A model generated the notes under the pieces. The model searched no databases, was not told the origin of the DNA, and saw only the letters and a list, made by a program, of their open reading frames with translations. A stretch of DNA of 64,000 nt from the sequence record PP216084. One strand, given 5' to 3'. Source of the stretch: Escherichia phage vB_EcoS_HZ_ZJUN2. Shown piece after piece: positions 16,940-27,174 of this stretch; within the stretch, counting starts at the first letter, position 1, and each line of letters starts with the position of its first letter. The position numbers and the translations under genes are program-made.

Positions 16940-18316
16940 ATGACTATTGATATTAATAAGCTGAAAGAAGAACTTGGTCTGGGTGATCTGGCTAAATCTC
17001 TGGAAGGTCTGACCGCTGCTCAGAAAGCTGCTGAAGCTGAACGTATGCGTAAAGAGCAGGAAGAAAAAGAACTGGCTCGTATGAATGATCTGGTTTCTAA
17101 AGCAGTTGGCGAAGATCGTCAGAAGCTAGAAGAAGCTCTGGAACTGGTTAAATCCCTGGATGAAAAATCTAAAAAGAGCGCAGAACTGTTTGCACAGACT
17201 GTAGAAAAACAGCAGGAAACTATTGTTGGTCTTCAGGATGAAATTAAATCTCTACTAGCAGCTCGTGAAGGTCGTTCCTTTGTCGGTGATAGCGTAGCTA
17301 AAGCACTGTATGGTACTCAAGAAAACTTTGAAGACGAAGTGGAGAAACTGGTTCTTCTGTCCTATGTGATGGAAAAAGGTGTATTTGATACCGAACATGG
17401 CCAGAGACACCTGAAAGCTGTAAACCAGTCCTCTTCAGTAGAAGTTTCTAGTGAAAGCTATGAAACTATTTTCTCCCAGCGTATTATTCGTGACCTGCAG
17501 AAAGAACTAGTAGTTGGTGCTCTGTTTGAAGAACTGCCAATGTCCAGCAAAATTCTTACTATGCTGGTTGAACCAGATGCTGGTAAAGCTACTTGGGTAG
17601 ATGCTAATACATATGGTACTGATGCTACTACTGGTAACGAAGTTAAAGGTGCTCTGACTGAAATTCAGTTCAAAACCTATAAACTGGCTGCTAAGTCCTT
17701 CATTACTGATGAAACTGAAGAAGATGCAATCTTCTCCCTGCTACCATTGCTGCGTAAGCGTCTGATTGAAGCACACGCTGTTTCTATCGAAGAAGCGTTT
17801 ATGACTGGTGACGGTACTGGTAAGCCTAAGGGTCTGCTGAAACTGGCTGAAGGCGATAGTGCTAAAGTTATTACTGAAGCTAAAGCTGATGGTTCTGTTC
17901 TAGTAACTGCTAAAACTATCTCTAAACTGCGTCGTAAACTGGGCCGTCATGGTCTGAAACTGAGCAAACTGGTACTTATCGTATCTATGGATGCTTACTA
18001 CGATCTGCTGGAAGATGAAGAATGGCAGGATGTTGCCCAGGTTGGTAATGATGCTGTTAAACTGCAAGGTCAGGTTGGTCGTATTTACGGTCTGCCGGTT
18101 GTAGTTTCTGAGTTCTTCCCGGCTAAAGCTACCTCCGCAGAGTTCGCAGTTATTGTTTATAAAGATAACTTCGTAATGCCGCGTCAGCGTGCTGTTACTG
18201 TTGAACGTGAGCGCCAAGCTGGTAAACAGCGTGATGCGTACTACGTTACTCAGCGTGTTAACCTGCAACGTTACTTTAATAATGGCGTTGTATCTGGTGC
18301 TTACGCTGCATCTTAA
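16940..18316 (+). CDS. Major capsid protein precursor, 458 aa, with N-terminal coiled-coil scaffold domain
   Basis: N-terminal ~160 aa charged coiled-coil then HK97-like body; high-expression codon usage; strong terminator downstream. Confidence 0.8.
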   Translation: MTIDINKLKEELGLGDLAKSLEGLTAAQKAAEAERMRKEQEEKELARMNDLVSKAVGEDRQKLEEALELVKSLDEKSKKSAELFAQTVEKQQETIVGLQDEIKSLLAAREGRSFVGDSVAKALYGTQENFEDEVEKLVLLSYVMEKGVFDTEHGQRHLKAVNQSSSVEVSSESYETIFSQRIIRDLQKELVVGALFEELPMSSKILTMLVEPDAGKATWVDANTYGTDATTGNEVKGALTEIQFKTYKLAAKSFITDETEEDAIFSLLPLLRKRLIEAHAVSIEEAFMTGDGTGKPKGLLKLAEGDSAKVITEAKADGSVLVTAKTISKLRRKLGRHGLKLSKLVLIVSMDAYYDLLEDEEWQDVAQVGNDAVKLQGQVGRIYGLPVVVSEFFPAKATSAEFAVIVYKDNFVMPRQRAVTVERERQAGKQRDAYYVTQRVNLQRYFNNGVVSGAYAAS

Positions 18317-18335
18317 TACAGGCTTTTCAGCCGAT

Positions 18336-18362
18336 AAGGAGAGCTTCGGCTCTCCTTTTTAT
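18336..18362 (+). terminator. Intrinsic terminator with UUCG tetraloop after major capsid gene
   Basis: aaggagagc-ttcg-gctctcctt followed by TTTTTATT. Confidence 0.7.
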
Positions 18363-18374
18363 TGGGAAAAATAA

Positions 18375-18887
18375 ATGCAAATCATCACAGCCGAAGATTA
18401 TAGATTATACGGTAGTTTAAAACGACCTGAATTAGAGTCTGGTGTAGAAATGATGATTACTGCTGCCAATGCGCTGATTACGAGCCTTCTAGGCATGGAT
18501 GATGCTGATGCGGTAGACCAGTTAATCAATACAAAACCTACACGTAGGAAATATTTTCTGAGCTCACCCTCTGCTACCTCCGTAACTAAAGTGACGATTA
18601 ACGATAATGAGATTGACCCAGAGCAGTATAAGCTATACTCTGACGGTATTATCCTTCTCAAATTTAACCCTCCAGAAGGTTATATGGATGTAGCATATAC
18701 ACAAGGTGGATTTAACCCAGTGCCTGAAGATCTCAAACTTGCAGCGTGTATGCTAGTAGATCATTGGCATAAACAAGATTATCGCCAAGCTAAAACAATT
18801 GGTGGTGAAACAGTAACCTTCAATAGCACTAAGTCTGGTATTCCAGAGCATATTCGTACTATTATTGAAGTATATAGGAGAGTATAA
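18375..18887 (+). CDS. Head completion / connector protein (p144-like), 170 aa
   Basis: First gene after capsid terminator; synteny with recalled T5 order. Confidence 0.45.
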   Translation: MQIITAEDYRLYGSLKRPELESGVEMMITAANALITSLLGMDDADAVDQLINTKPTRRKYFLSSPSATSVTKVTINDNEIDPEQYKLYSDGIILLKFNPPEGYMDVAYTQGGFNPVPEDLKLAACMLVDHWHKQDYRQAKTIGGETVTFNSTKSGIPEHIRTIIEVYRRV

Positions 18888-19654
18888 TGTCTCTTTCCGA
18901 TCTAGCTAAACAAATTATTAAAGAGCAGCTAGATACTGCAGGACGATCTGAAAATAATAAGAATACTGTTGTGTACTCTGTTGAGACAGGGTTAAAAGAT
19001 CCTACCAGAGATGGTACTATTGCTCAAGTATCCTTTAAGTTTTCAAAACCCGTATCACAAGATCTTCTTGATGTTAGAACAGCCTCTATACTAAAAGCTG
19101 TATCCTCTAGTTTAGATCTTTCGGGAGATTTAGGTGCTCTAGAAAATCTTATACAGGCAACCGCAGGTAAAAAATCTGCTGTAGGTAAAAAACGTTCTAC
19201 AGGCAGAGTAGAGGTAAACTTTGGGGATCCTAGAGACATAGAGGATGGATACTCAGGTGCAATAACAGGTGCTTCCGGACGTTTCGTGTCTAATAGCAAT
19301 ATGAAGGTTATACTAGAGATAGTTGCTAAAGAGTACTTAATAAAGGATATGAAAAAGACAGGAGCACCACTAAAATTTAGAACAGGTCGCTTTGCAAACT
19401 CTTTAAAAATTAAAGATGTTATGCTCCGTGATTCTGAGGCTAGTAAAGGCTCCCCTGAATTGAACGTAACATATAATTATATGACTCGTCCATATTCTGT
19501 GTTCAACCCTGCAGTATCTACCTACAGGAGACTATCTCTACGACCTTATCCTGGTGCTAGAAACCCCCAAAAACTTATTGGTGAGGCTATAGCAAAAGCT
19601 GCAAGAGACCTGATTCACTCTAGATATAAAATCAAGGTTAATCAAGGAACATAA
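18887..19654 (+). CDS. Neck / tail-terminator-like protein (p143-like), 255 aa
   Basis: Synteny only. Confidence 0.4.
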   Translation: MSLSDLAKQIIKEQLDTAGRSENNKNTVVYSVETGLKDPTRDGTIAQVSFKFSKPVSQDLLDVRTASILKAVSSSLDLSGDLGALENLIQATAGKKSAVGKKRSTGRVEVNFGDPRDIEDGYSGAITGASGRFVSNSNMKVILEIVAKEYLIKDMKKTGAPLKFRTGRFANSLKIKDVMLRDSEASKGSPELNVTYNYMTRPYSVFNPAVSTYRRLSLRPYPGARNPQKLIGEAIAKAARDLIHSRYKIKVNQGT

Positions 19655-19657
19655 TAA

Positions 19658-20143
19658 ATGGATCATAGAACAAGTATTGCACAAGCTCTGGTTGACCGTA
19701 TATCTAAACAGTTGGATGGCTCTCAACCTGACGAATATTTTAATAACCTATATGGAAACGTTTCTCGTCAAACTTATAAATTTGAGGAAATACGAGAGTT
19801 TCCCTATGTGGCAGTTCATATTGGAACTGAAACTGGGCAGTATCTTCCTTCGGGCCAACAGTGGATGTTTTTAGAACTTCCAATCCTGGTGTACGATAAA
19901 GAGAAAACAGACATTCAAGAGCAACTTGAAAAACTCGTAGCGGATATAAAAACCGTTATTGACACAGGTGGAAATTTAGAATATACTGTTAGTAAACCTA
20001 ATGGATCGACCTTCCCATGTGAGGCAACTGATATGATCATTACATCAGTTAGTACAGATGAGGGTCTACTGGCCCCGTATGGTTTAGCAGAAATAAATGT
20101 AACAGTGAGGTATCAGCCTCCACGTAGGTCACTTCGCAGATAA
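19658..20143 (+). CDS. Tail completion protein (p142-like), 161 aa
   Basis: Synteny; immediately upstream of tail tube gene. Confidence 0.45.
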   Translation: MDHRTSIAQALVDRISKQLDGSQPDEYFNNLYGNVSRQTYKFEEIREFPYVAVHIGTETGQYLPSGQQWMFLELPILVYDKEKTDIQEQLEKLVADIKTVIDTGGNLEYTVSKPNGSTFPCEATDMIITSVSTDEGLLAPYGLAEINVTVRYQPPRRSLRR

Positions 20144-20169
20144 GTTACAGATTAGGAGAAAATAATTAA

Positions 20170-21567
20170 ATGTCTTTACAACTATTACGTAATACTCGAA
20201 TCTTCGTGTCTACGGTTAAGACCGGTCACAATAAGACCAACACGCAAGAGATTCTAGTTCAGGATGATATTTCTTGGGGTCAGGACAGTAACTCAACAGA
20301 TATTACTGTTAATGAAGCTGGTCCGCGTCCAACTCGTGGTTCTAAACGTTTTAACGACTCTTTAAACGCAGCTGAGTGGAGTTTCTCTACTTATATCCTG
20401 CCATATAAAGATAAAACTACTAATAAACAGATTGTTCCTGACTATATGTTATGGCACGCTCTTTCTAGTGGTAAAGCTCTTAACCTAGAAGGTGATACAG
20501 GGGCACATAATAACGAAACCAATTTTATGGTTAACTTTAAAGATAATGCGTACCACGAGCTGGCAATGCTGCATATCTACATCCTGACTGACAAAGCATG
20601 GAGTTATATCGATTCCTGTCAGATTAATCAGGCAGAAGTTAACGTTGATATTGAGGATATTGGTCGTGTAACTTGGTCTGGTAATGGTAATCAGCTTATT
20701 CCTCTGGATGCGCAACCATTTGATCCAGATGAGGTAGGTATTGATGATGAAACTTATATGACTATTCAGAGTTCTTATATCAAGAACAAATTGACTATCC
20801 TGAAAATTAAGGATATGGATTCTGGCAAAGCATACGATATTCCTATTACTGGTGGTACTTTCACTATTAATAACAACATCACGTACCTAACCCCGAATAT
20901 TATGTCTCGTGTTAATATTCCAATTGGTTCCTTTACTGGTGCTTTTGAATTAACTGGTTCATTAACTGCTTATCTGAATGATAAATCTCTTGGTTCTATG
21001 GAGCTGTACAAAGACCTTATCAAAACTCTGAAGGTAGTTAACCGCTTCGAAATTGCTCTAGTACTTGGTGGTGAATACGATGAAGAACGTCCTGCGGCTA
21101 TTCTGGTAGCTAAACAAGCACACGTTAACATTCCTACTATTGAAACTGATGATGTACTTGGTACTTCAGTAGAGTTTAAAGCTATTCCATCTGATCTGGA
21201 TGCTGGTGATGAAGGTTACTTGGGCTTTTCTAGTAAATATACCAAAACAACTATTAATAACTTGATTGTTAATGGTGATGGTGCTACTGATGCTGTAACT
21301 GCAATTACTGTTAAATCTGCTGGTCAGGCTACTTCTGTTCGGACTGGACAAACTCTTCTGATGAGCGTTGAAGTTACTCCTTCTTCCGCAAAGAATAAGG
21401 AAGTTACTTGGGCTATCACTGCCGGTGATGCAGCTACAATTGATCCAGAATCTGGCCTATTAACTGCGGACACCACTAAAACTGGTGAAGTAACTGTAGA
21501 AGCTACTGCTAAAGATGGTTCTGGAGTTAAAGGTACTAAACAGATTACTGTAACAGCAGGTGGCTAA
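20170..21567 (+). CDS. Major tail tube protein pb6-like, 465 aa, C-terminal Ig-like (Big_2-type) domain
   Basis: C-terminal segment VTAITVKSAGQATSVRTGQTLLMSVEVTPSSAKNKEVTWAI typical of Big_2; size fits T5 pb6. Confidence 0.7.
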   Translation: MSLQLLRNTRIFVSTVKTGHNKTNTQEILVQDDISWGQDSNSTDITVNEAGPRPTRGSKRFNDSLNAAEWSFSTYILPYKDKTTNKQIVPDYMLWHALSSGKALNLEGDTGAHNNETNFMVNFKDNAYHELAMLHIYILTDKAWSYIDSCQINQAEVNVDIEDIGRVTWSGNGNQLIPLDAQPFDPDEVGIDDETYMTIQSSYIKNKLTILKIKDMDSGKAYDIPITGGTFTINNNITYLTPNIMSRVNIPIGSFTGAFELTGSLTAYLNDKSLGSMELYKDLIKTLKVVNRFEIALVLGGEYDEERPAAILVAKQAHVNIPTIETDDVLGTSVEFKAIPSDLDAGDEGYLGFSSKYTKTTINNLIVNGDGATDAVTAITVKSAGQATSVRTGQTLLMSVEVTPSSAKNKEVTWAITAGDAATIDPESGLLTADTTKTGEVTVEATAKDGSGVKGTKQITVTAGG

Positions 21568-21571
21568 TTAA

Positions 21572-22471
21572 ATGTACTACTCTCTAATGAGAGAGTCAAA
21601 AGTTATAGTTGAGTATGATGGTAGGGCATTTCATTTTGATGCCCTATCAAACTATGATATACAGACTTCCTACGAGGAATTCAAGACTCTTCGTAGGACT
21701 GTTCATCGTAGAACTAACTATGCAGACTCTATTATAAATGCTCAAACTCCCTCTTCTATCTCTCTAGCAGTAAATTTTAGTAATACTCTTACTGAAGCTA
21801 ACTTCTTTGAATGGTTAGGTTTTGATAGAAAAGGTAATACTTTCTTACTCCCACTATATAGTAGTAATATTGAACCTATTATGTTCAATATCTATATAGT
21901 AAATAAAGATAATAACTGTGTATATTTTGAAAACTGTTATGTATCTACGGTAGATTTTTCTTTAGATAAGAACATACCAATTCTTAATGTTGGTATTGAA
22001 TCAGGAAAATTTTCCGAAGTATCTACATATAGAGAAGCAGCTTCTATTATACAGGGTGAAGTAATGTCTTACAGCCCAGTAATAGCTTCTACTAATGGCA
22101 GCATCTTACCCGGTCTTATTTCTGCCTCTTTATCCTTCCAACAGCAGTGCTCCTGGAGAGAGGATAAGAGTGTTTTTGATATAAATAAAATTTATAATAA
22201 TAAAAGAGCCTATGTAACTGAAATGAATGCTTCGGCAACCATTTCTCTATACTACTTAAAACGTTTTGCAGGAGATATGGTTTATAATGTAGAACCGGAG
22301 ATAGATGTACCTTTAACGATAAGAAATAATAATATTTCTATAGATTTTCCTTCAGCACGTATTACAAAACGCCTAGAGTTCTCAGATGTGTATAGAGTTG
22401 AGTGGGATATTATACCTACTGCTTCTTCAGACCCAGTGAGAATAGATTTCTTTGGAGAAATTAAAAAATGA
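21572..22471 (+). CDS. Hypothetical tail-associated protein (p140-like), 299 aa
   Basis: Synteny between tail tube and chaperone genes. Confidence 0.4.
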   Translation: MYYSLMRESKVIVEYDGRAFHFDALSNYDIQTSYEEFKTLRRTVHRRTNYADSIINAQTPSSISLAVNFSNTLTEANFFEWLGFDRKGNTFLLPLYSSNIEPIMFNIYIVNKDNNCVYFENCYVSTVDFSLDKNIPILNVGIESGKFSEVSTYREAASIIQGEVMSYSPVIASTNGSILPGLISASLSFQQQCSWREDKSVFDINKIYNNKRAYVTEMNASATISLYYLKRFAGDMVYNVEPEIDVPLTIRNNNISIDFPSARITKRLEFSDVYRVEWDIIPTASSDPVRIDFFGEIKK

Positions 22472-22872
22472 TTAATTTAAAAGATATTACTCTTGATACT
22501 CGTACTATTACTCTTTCCTACCCAGGTATGCCGAACTTTAAACTAGAACTTAACTATATGTCTCGTGCTACCTCTAAACGTGTTATTTCCTCTGCTAAAC
22601 GCGATGAATGGGTTAACGGTACTTTGGTTCAGGTACAGGATGATGATAAGTTTATTGAAGCTTTCGTCGATGCTGCGATTAAAGGTTGGACTGGTTTGAC
22701 TGTAGGTGACGTTGAAAAACTGATGCTGATTGAAGCAGATGCTGATCCTGAGACTGAAGTTCCTTTTAGCCGCGATAATGCTGTAATGCTCATGCAGAAC
22801 TCTGCTGCGTTTGATTCTTGGATCAACCAGACAGTGTTCCACTTAGACACTTTTCGTAGCCCAAAAGCGTAA
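22468..22872 (+). CDS. Tail assembly chaperone (G-like), 134 aa
   Basis: Acidic small protein immediately upstream of tape measure region; ends in A-rich stretch CCCAAAAGCGTAA. Confidence 0.5.
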   Translation: MINLKDITLDTRTITLSYPGMPNFKLELNYMSRATSKRVISSAKRDEWVNGTLVQVQDDDKFIEAFVDAAIKGWTGLTVGDVEKLMLIEADADPETEVPFSRDNAVMLMQNSAAFDSWINQTVFHLDTFRSPKA

Positions 22873-22933
22873 AGAACTCCTAGATGCTGTTGCTGATTTT
22901 GCAGATAAATGTATTAAAAGCTCAGCATCTAAA

Positions 22934-23302
22934 ATGACCAAACAACAATATTTAATACTTTGTGAGTCAATGGGTATAGAACCTGATCCTAAGGCTATGC
23001 CTGTTGAACTCGAAGATTTTCCACCTATTGTATCTATTAGTATGAATATTTATAACAGTCTAATTGATTGTTTCATACCAGGTGACTTTCCTATTTTTAT
23101 AGGTAAAGATAAAGCTGCTCTAGGTGTTTTATTTGATATTTATGGGATTACTGATCCTATAGAAAAAGAATTTGTTCTACACATTATCAATATATTTGAT
23201 GCTAAAGCTGTAGATGCTGCACGTAAACGTGCTGAGAAGCATAAACCGCAAAACGGGAGAATTCCTAACGTTAAGCCACATGCTAAATCTCGAGCACGGT
23301 AA
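22934..23302 (+). CDS. Tail assembly chaperone extension (T-like), 122 aa; may be expressed as a +1 frameshift fusion
   Basis: ORF is in the +1 frame relative to 22468-22872 and is open from 22847, overlapping the upstream gene by 23 nt. Confidence 0.4.
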   Translation: MTKQQYLILCESMGIEPDPKAMPVELEDFPPIVSISMNIYNSLIDCFIPGDFPIFIGKDKAALGVLFDIYGITDPIEKEFVLHIINIFDAKAVDAARKRAEKHKPQNGRIPNVKPHAKSRAR

Positions 23303-23337
23303 AAGTTTCCTCCAATGGGCGTTCCACGATGAGGCTT

Positions 23338-23369
23338 GGCTCTGGGTGATTTGCCCAGAGCCTTTTTTA
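23338..23369 (+). terminator. Intrinsic terminator before tape measure gene
   Basis: ggctctggg-tgatttg-cccagagcc then TTTTTT; followed by the conserved TTTATTGGGAAAATAAA element. Confidence 0.65.
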
Positions 23370-23384
23370 TTGGGAAAATAAAAC

Positions 23385-26300
23385 ATGACTGATAAGCTAA
23401 TACGAGAATTACTAATAGACGTTAAACAGAAGGGGGCAACTCGTACTGCAAAGTCTATTGAAAACGTATCTGATGCGTTGGAAAACGCTGCTGCTGCTTC
23501 CGAACTGACAAATGAGCAGTTAGGTAAAATGCCCAAAACCCTTTACTCCATTGAGAGGGCAGCGGATAGAGCAGCGAAAAGTCTTACTAAAATGCAGGCA
23601 AGCAGAGGTATGCTTAGTGTTACTAAATCTATAAATGATATAGGAGCTAAGTTAGATGATCTCGCTATTACAATGATTGAAGTAGCAGATAAGTTAGAAG
23701 TCGGATTTGATGGGGTTTCTAGATCTGTTAAAACAATGGGTAATGATGTTGCAGCTGCAACAGAAAAAGTCCAGGATAGATTATATGATACTAATAGAGC
23801 GTTAGGTGGCACAGCTAGAGGTTTTAACGACACTGCTGGTGCCGCAACTAGGGCTTCTAGAGCTATAGGTAATACTTCTGGTTCAGCTCGTGGCGCTACT
23901 CGTGATTTTGCAGCAATGGCTAAAGTAGGTGGTAGTTTACCTATACTATACGCAGCTTTTGCTTCCAACATCTTCGTTTTGCAATCTGCATTCGAACAAC
24001 TTAAACTAGGTGATCAGCTAAATCGTCTAGAAAAATTTGGTGTTATAGTAGGTACTCAGACAGGTACTCCTGTTCAGTCCCTTGCTAGATCACTACAAGA
24101 GGCAGCTGGCTATGCAATCTCTTTTGAAGAAGCTATGAGGCAAGCATCCTCAGCGTCCGCTTATGGATTTGATGCTGAACAACTTAATAAATTTGGTTTA
24201 GTAGCTCGTCGTGCTGCTGCTGTTCTTGGCGTTGATATGACTGATGCACTTAATCGTGTAATTAAGGGTGTATCTAAACAAGAAATCGAACTTCTGGATG
24301 AGCTTGGTGTTACTATTCGTCTTAACGATGCTTATGCTGATTACGTTAAACAGCTAAATGCTGCAAACACAGGTATAACGTATAATATTAATAGCCTTAC
24401 TACCTTCCAGAAACAGCAAGCGTATGCTAATGCTGTTATAGCAGAATCTACTAAACGTTTTGGTTACTTAGATGAAGTTTTACGTGCTACTCCGTGGGAA
24501 CAGTTTGCTGCTAACGCAGATGCTGCACTAAGAACAATACAACAAGCTGCTGCTAAGTACTTAGGTCCAGTAATTGATGCTATCAACACAGTATTTTATA
24601 CTTCTCAAGCTTCTGTATCTGCTGAAGCAGCTAGAGCTCAAGAAAAAACTAATAGACAGATAGATCCTACCAATGTTGGTGCTGTTGCTCTAAGTTTGGC
24701 CGCTTCTGAAGAAGGTTATAATAAAGCTCTAGATATGTATAAGGAATCTCTTGATAAGCGTAATAAGCTAAAATCTGAGTTTGATAAACGAATGGAACAA
24801 GCAGATTTCTATACAAAATTAGCTATACGTCAAGTTGGTGAAGGTATTCCTGTTGGTCTTGCAGCAGCAGGTGCTTCGGAAGCTAATAAACAATTTGTAG
24901 CAGAAACTGCAGCTATGGGTCTACAAGTAGCTAGACTTGGTAAGGAAGTAGAGGATTCTACAGAGAACCTCAATGCTTGGAAATCAGCGTATCAAGCTGC
25001 TGGGGCTGCTGCTGCAAAGGCTAGTCCAGAGTTTCAGAAGCAAATTAATCTACAGAGAGATACTACTGATCCTGGTGCTGTATACGATTTTAATTCTACT
25101 GTATTAAAAGGTCTAACTGAGCAACAGAAAGCGTACAATCAGACCAAGAAAACTGCTAGTGACTTAGCTAATGATATACAGAACGTTGCTCAGAATACAG
25201 ATACCGCTGCTAAAACTAGTGCTGCTTTAGCAGATGCTATAAAAAACATAGAATCTCTATCTCTAGGTACTGGTAAGAGTGCTGATGAGTACGTTAAAAA
25301 TCTCAATCTAGGCTACAATACTCTGTCTGAAATGAAAACTGCGTCTCAGGCCTTATCTGAATATGTTAAACTAACTGGTAATGAAACTAAAAATCAGCTA
25401 GCAGTTCAACAGAAGATAGCTGATGTATACAACCAAACTAAGGATAAAGAAAAGGCACAGGAAGCAGGTAGACGTTTAGAGCTCCAACAGTTAGAAGAGC
25501 AAGAAGCTGCTTTACGCCGTGTTCTTCAAACAAACCAGGGGAATAAGGCTGTTGAGAAAGAAATTGAAAAAATCCAGCTGGAGAAACTTAAACTTACCAA
25601 TCAGGGTATGGAAGCCCAGAAGAAGGTCAAGGATTACACAGATAAAATTCTTGGTGTAGACCGTGAGATAGCTCTTCTGAATGACCGTACTATGACTAGC
25701 ACTCAGTATAGATTAGCACAGTTAAGGTTAGAACTAACCATAGAGGAAGAAAAATACGAGTGGTACTTAAAACAAGCGGATAAACAAAAAGAGGCAGAAC
25801 AGTCTAGACGTGCTCAAGCACAGATAAGTAGAGAGTTATGGGAAGCAGAGAAACAAGCTACTGCTACTCATGTATCCGCCCTTATGGATGCCTTAGAGGT
25901 TAGCCAAACGCAGAGAAATGTCACTGGTCAGTCACAGATTCTCACTGAAAGGTTATCTATTCTGCAGCAGCAGCTGGAACTGTCTAAAGGTAATACTGAA
26001 GAAGAAATTAAATATCGTAATGAGATTTATAAAACTTCAGCAGCCTTAGAGCAGCTTAGAAAACAGAGAGATAGCCAGATGCAGCAACAGGTAGGGTCTT
26101 CTGTAGGTGCTGTATATACTCCTACAACTGGACTATCTGGAGAAGATAAAGATTTTGCTGATATGGGAAATAGAATGGCTTCTTATGATCAGGCAATTTC
26201 TAAACTATCTGAGCTAAACTCTGAAGCAACCGCTGTAGCTCAAAGCATGGGTAACCTAACCAATGCTATGATTCAATTCTCTCAGGGATCTTTAGATACT

Positions 26301-27065
26301 ACATCTATGATTGCTTCCGGTATGCAGACTGTGGCCTCTATGATTCAATATAGTACTAGTCAACAGGTTAGTGCAATTGATCAGGCTATTGCAGCAGAGC
26401 AGAAACGAGATGGTAAATCTGAAGCATCTAAAGCTAAACTGAAAAAGTTAGAAGCTGAAAAGCTGAAGATTCAACAAGACGCAGCTAAGAAGCAGATTAT
26501 CATCCAAACTGCAGTAGCTGTAATGCAGGCGGCAACAGCTGTTCCATACCCGTTCTCTATTCCTCTGATGGTAGCGGCAGGTTTAGCAGGTGCTCTGGCC
26601 CTCGCCCAAGCATCCTCTGCATCGAGTATGTCGAGTATTGCTGATTCGGGAGCTGATACAACTAGTTACTTAACCTTAGGAGAGCGTCAAAAGAATATAG
26701 ATGTGTCCATGTCTGCTAATGCAGGTGAACTATCTTATATTCGTGGCGATCAAGGTATAGGTAGTGCCAACTCTTTCGTTCCTCGTGCTGAGGGTGGTAA
26801 TATGTACCCAGGGGTTAGTTACCAAATGGGTGAACATGGTACAGAAGTAGTTACCCCTATGGTTCCTATGAAAGCTACACCTAATGATGAGCTAAAAACC
26901 TCATCTAACTCAACTTCAGGAAGACCTATCATCCTGAATATTAGTGCTATGGATGCTGCAAGTTTTAGAGAGTTTGCTTCTAGTAATAGTGGTGCTCTAA
27001 GAGACGCAGTAGAATTAGCTCTGAATGAGAACGGTGCTAGTCTGAAAACATTAGGAAATTATTAA
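23385..27065 (+). CDS. Tape measure protein pb2-like, 1226 aa
   Basis: Very long Ala/Gln/Lys-rich coiled-coil ORF with hydrophobic C-terminal segment; position between chaperones and distal tail protein. Confidence 0.85.
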   Translation: MTDKLIRELLIDVKQKGATRTAKSIENVSDALENAAAASELTNEQLGKMPKTLYSIERAADRAAKSLTKMQASRGMLSVTKSINDIGAKLDDLAITMIEVADKLEVGFDGVSRSVKTMGNDVAAATEKVQDRLYDTNRALGGTARGFNDTAGAATRASRAIGNTSGSARGATRDFAAMAKVGGSLPILYAAFASNIFVLQSAFEQLKLGDQLNRLEKFGVIVGTQTGTPVQSLARSLQEAAGYAISFEEAMRQASSASAYGFDAEQLNKFGLVARRAAAVLGVDMTDALNRVIKGVSKQEIELLDELGVTIRLNDAYADYVKQLNAANTGITYNINSLTTFQKQQAYANAVIAESTKRFGYLDEVLRATPWEQFAANADAALRTIQQAAAKYLGPVIDAINTVFYTSQASVSAEAARAQEKTNRQIDPTNVGAVALSLAASEEGYNKALDMYKESLDKRNKLKSEFDKRMEQADFYTKLAIRQVGEGIPVGLAAAGASEANKQFVAETAAMGLQVARLGKEVEDSTENLNAWKSAYQAAGAAAAKASPEFQKQINLQRDTTDPGAVYDFNSTVLKGLTEQQKAYNQTKKTASDLANDIQNVAQNTDTAAKTSAALADAIKNIESLSLGTGKSADEYVKNLNLGYNTLSEMKTASQALSEYVKLTGNETKNQLAVQQKIADVYNQTKDKEKAQEAGRRLELQQLEEQEAALRRVLQTNQGNKAVEKEIEKIQLEKLKLTNQGMEAQKKVKDYTDKILGVDREIALLNDRTMTSTQYRLAQLRLELTIEEEKYEWYLKQADKQKEAEQSRRAQAQISRELWEAEKQATATHVSALMDALEVSQTQRNVTGQSQILTERLSILQQQLELSKGNTEEEIKYRNEIYKTSAALEQLRKQRDSQMQQQVGSSVGAVYTPTTGLSGEDKDFADMGNRMASYDQAISKLSELNSEATAVAQSMGNLTNAMIQFSQGSLDTTSMIASGMQTVASMIQYSTSQQVSAIDQAIAAEQKRDGKSEASKAKLKKLEAEKLKIQQDAAKKQIIIQTAVAVMQAATAVPYPFSIPLMVAAGLAGALALAQASSASSMSSIADSGADTTSYLTLGERQKNIDVSMSANAGELSYIRGDQGIGSANSFVPRAEGGNMYPGVSYQMGEHGTEVVTPMVPMKATPNDELKTSSNSTSGRPIILNISAMDAASFREFASSNSGALRDAVELALNENGASLKTLGNY

Positions 27066-27070
27066 AACTG

Positions 27071-27099
27071 GAGGAGGACTTTGAGTCCTCCTTTTCTTT
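27071..27099 (+). terminator. Intrinsic terminator after tape measure gene
   Basis: ggaggac-tttga-gtcctcc then TTTTCTTT. Confidence 0.6.
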
Positions 27100-27118
27100 A
27101 TGGAAAAATAAAAATTTC

Positions 27119-27147
27119 TTGATAAAATTTTCTAATACTATTATAAT
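27119..27147 (+). promoter_or_regulatory. Sigma70-like promoter candidate TTGATA-17-TATAAT
   Basis: Hexamers at 27119-27124 and 27142-27147; upstream of pb9-like gene with AGAGGAGAAAT RBS. Confidence 0.4.
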
Positions 27148-27174
27148 ATTGTTATTAAAGAGGAGAAATTAACT

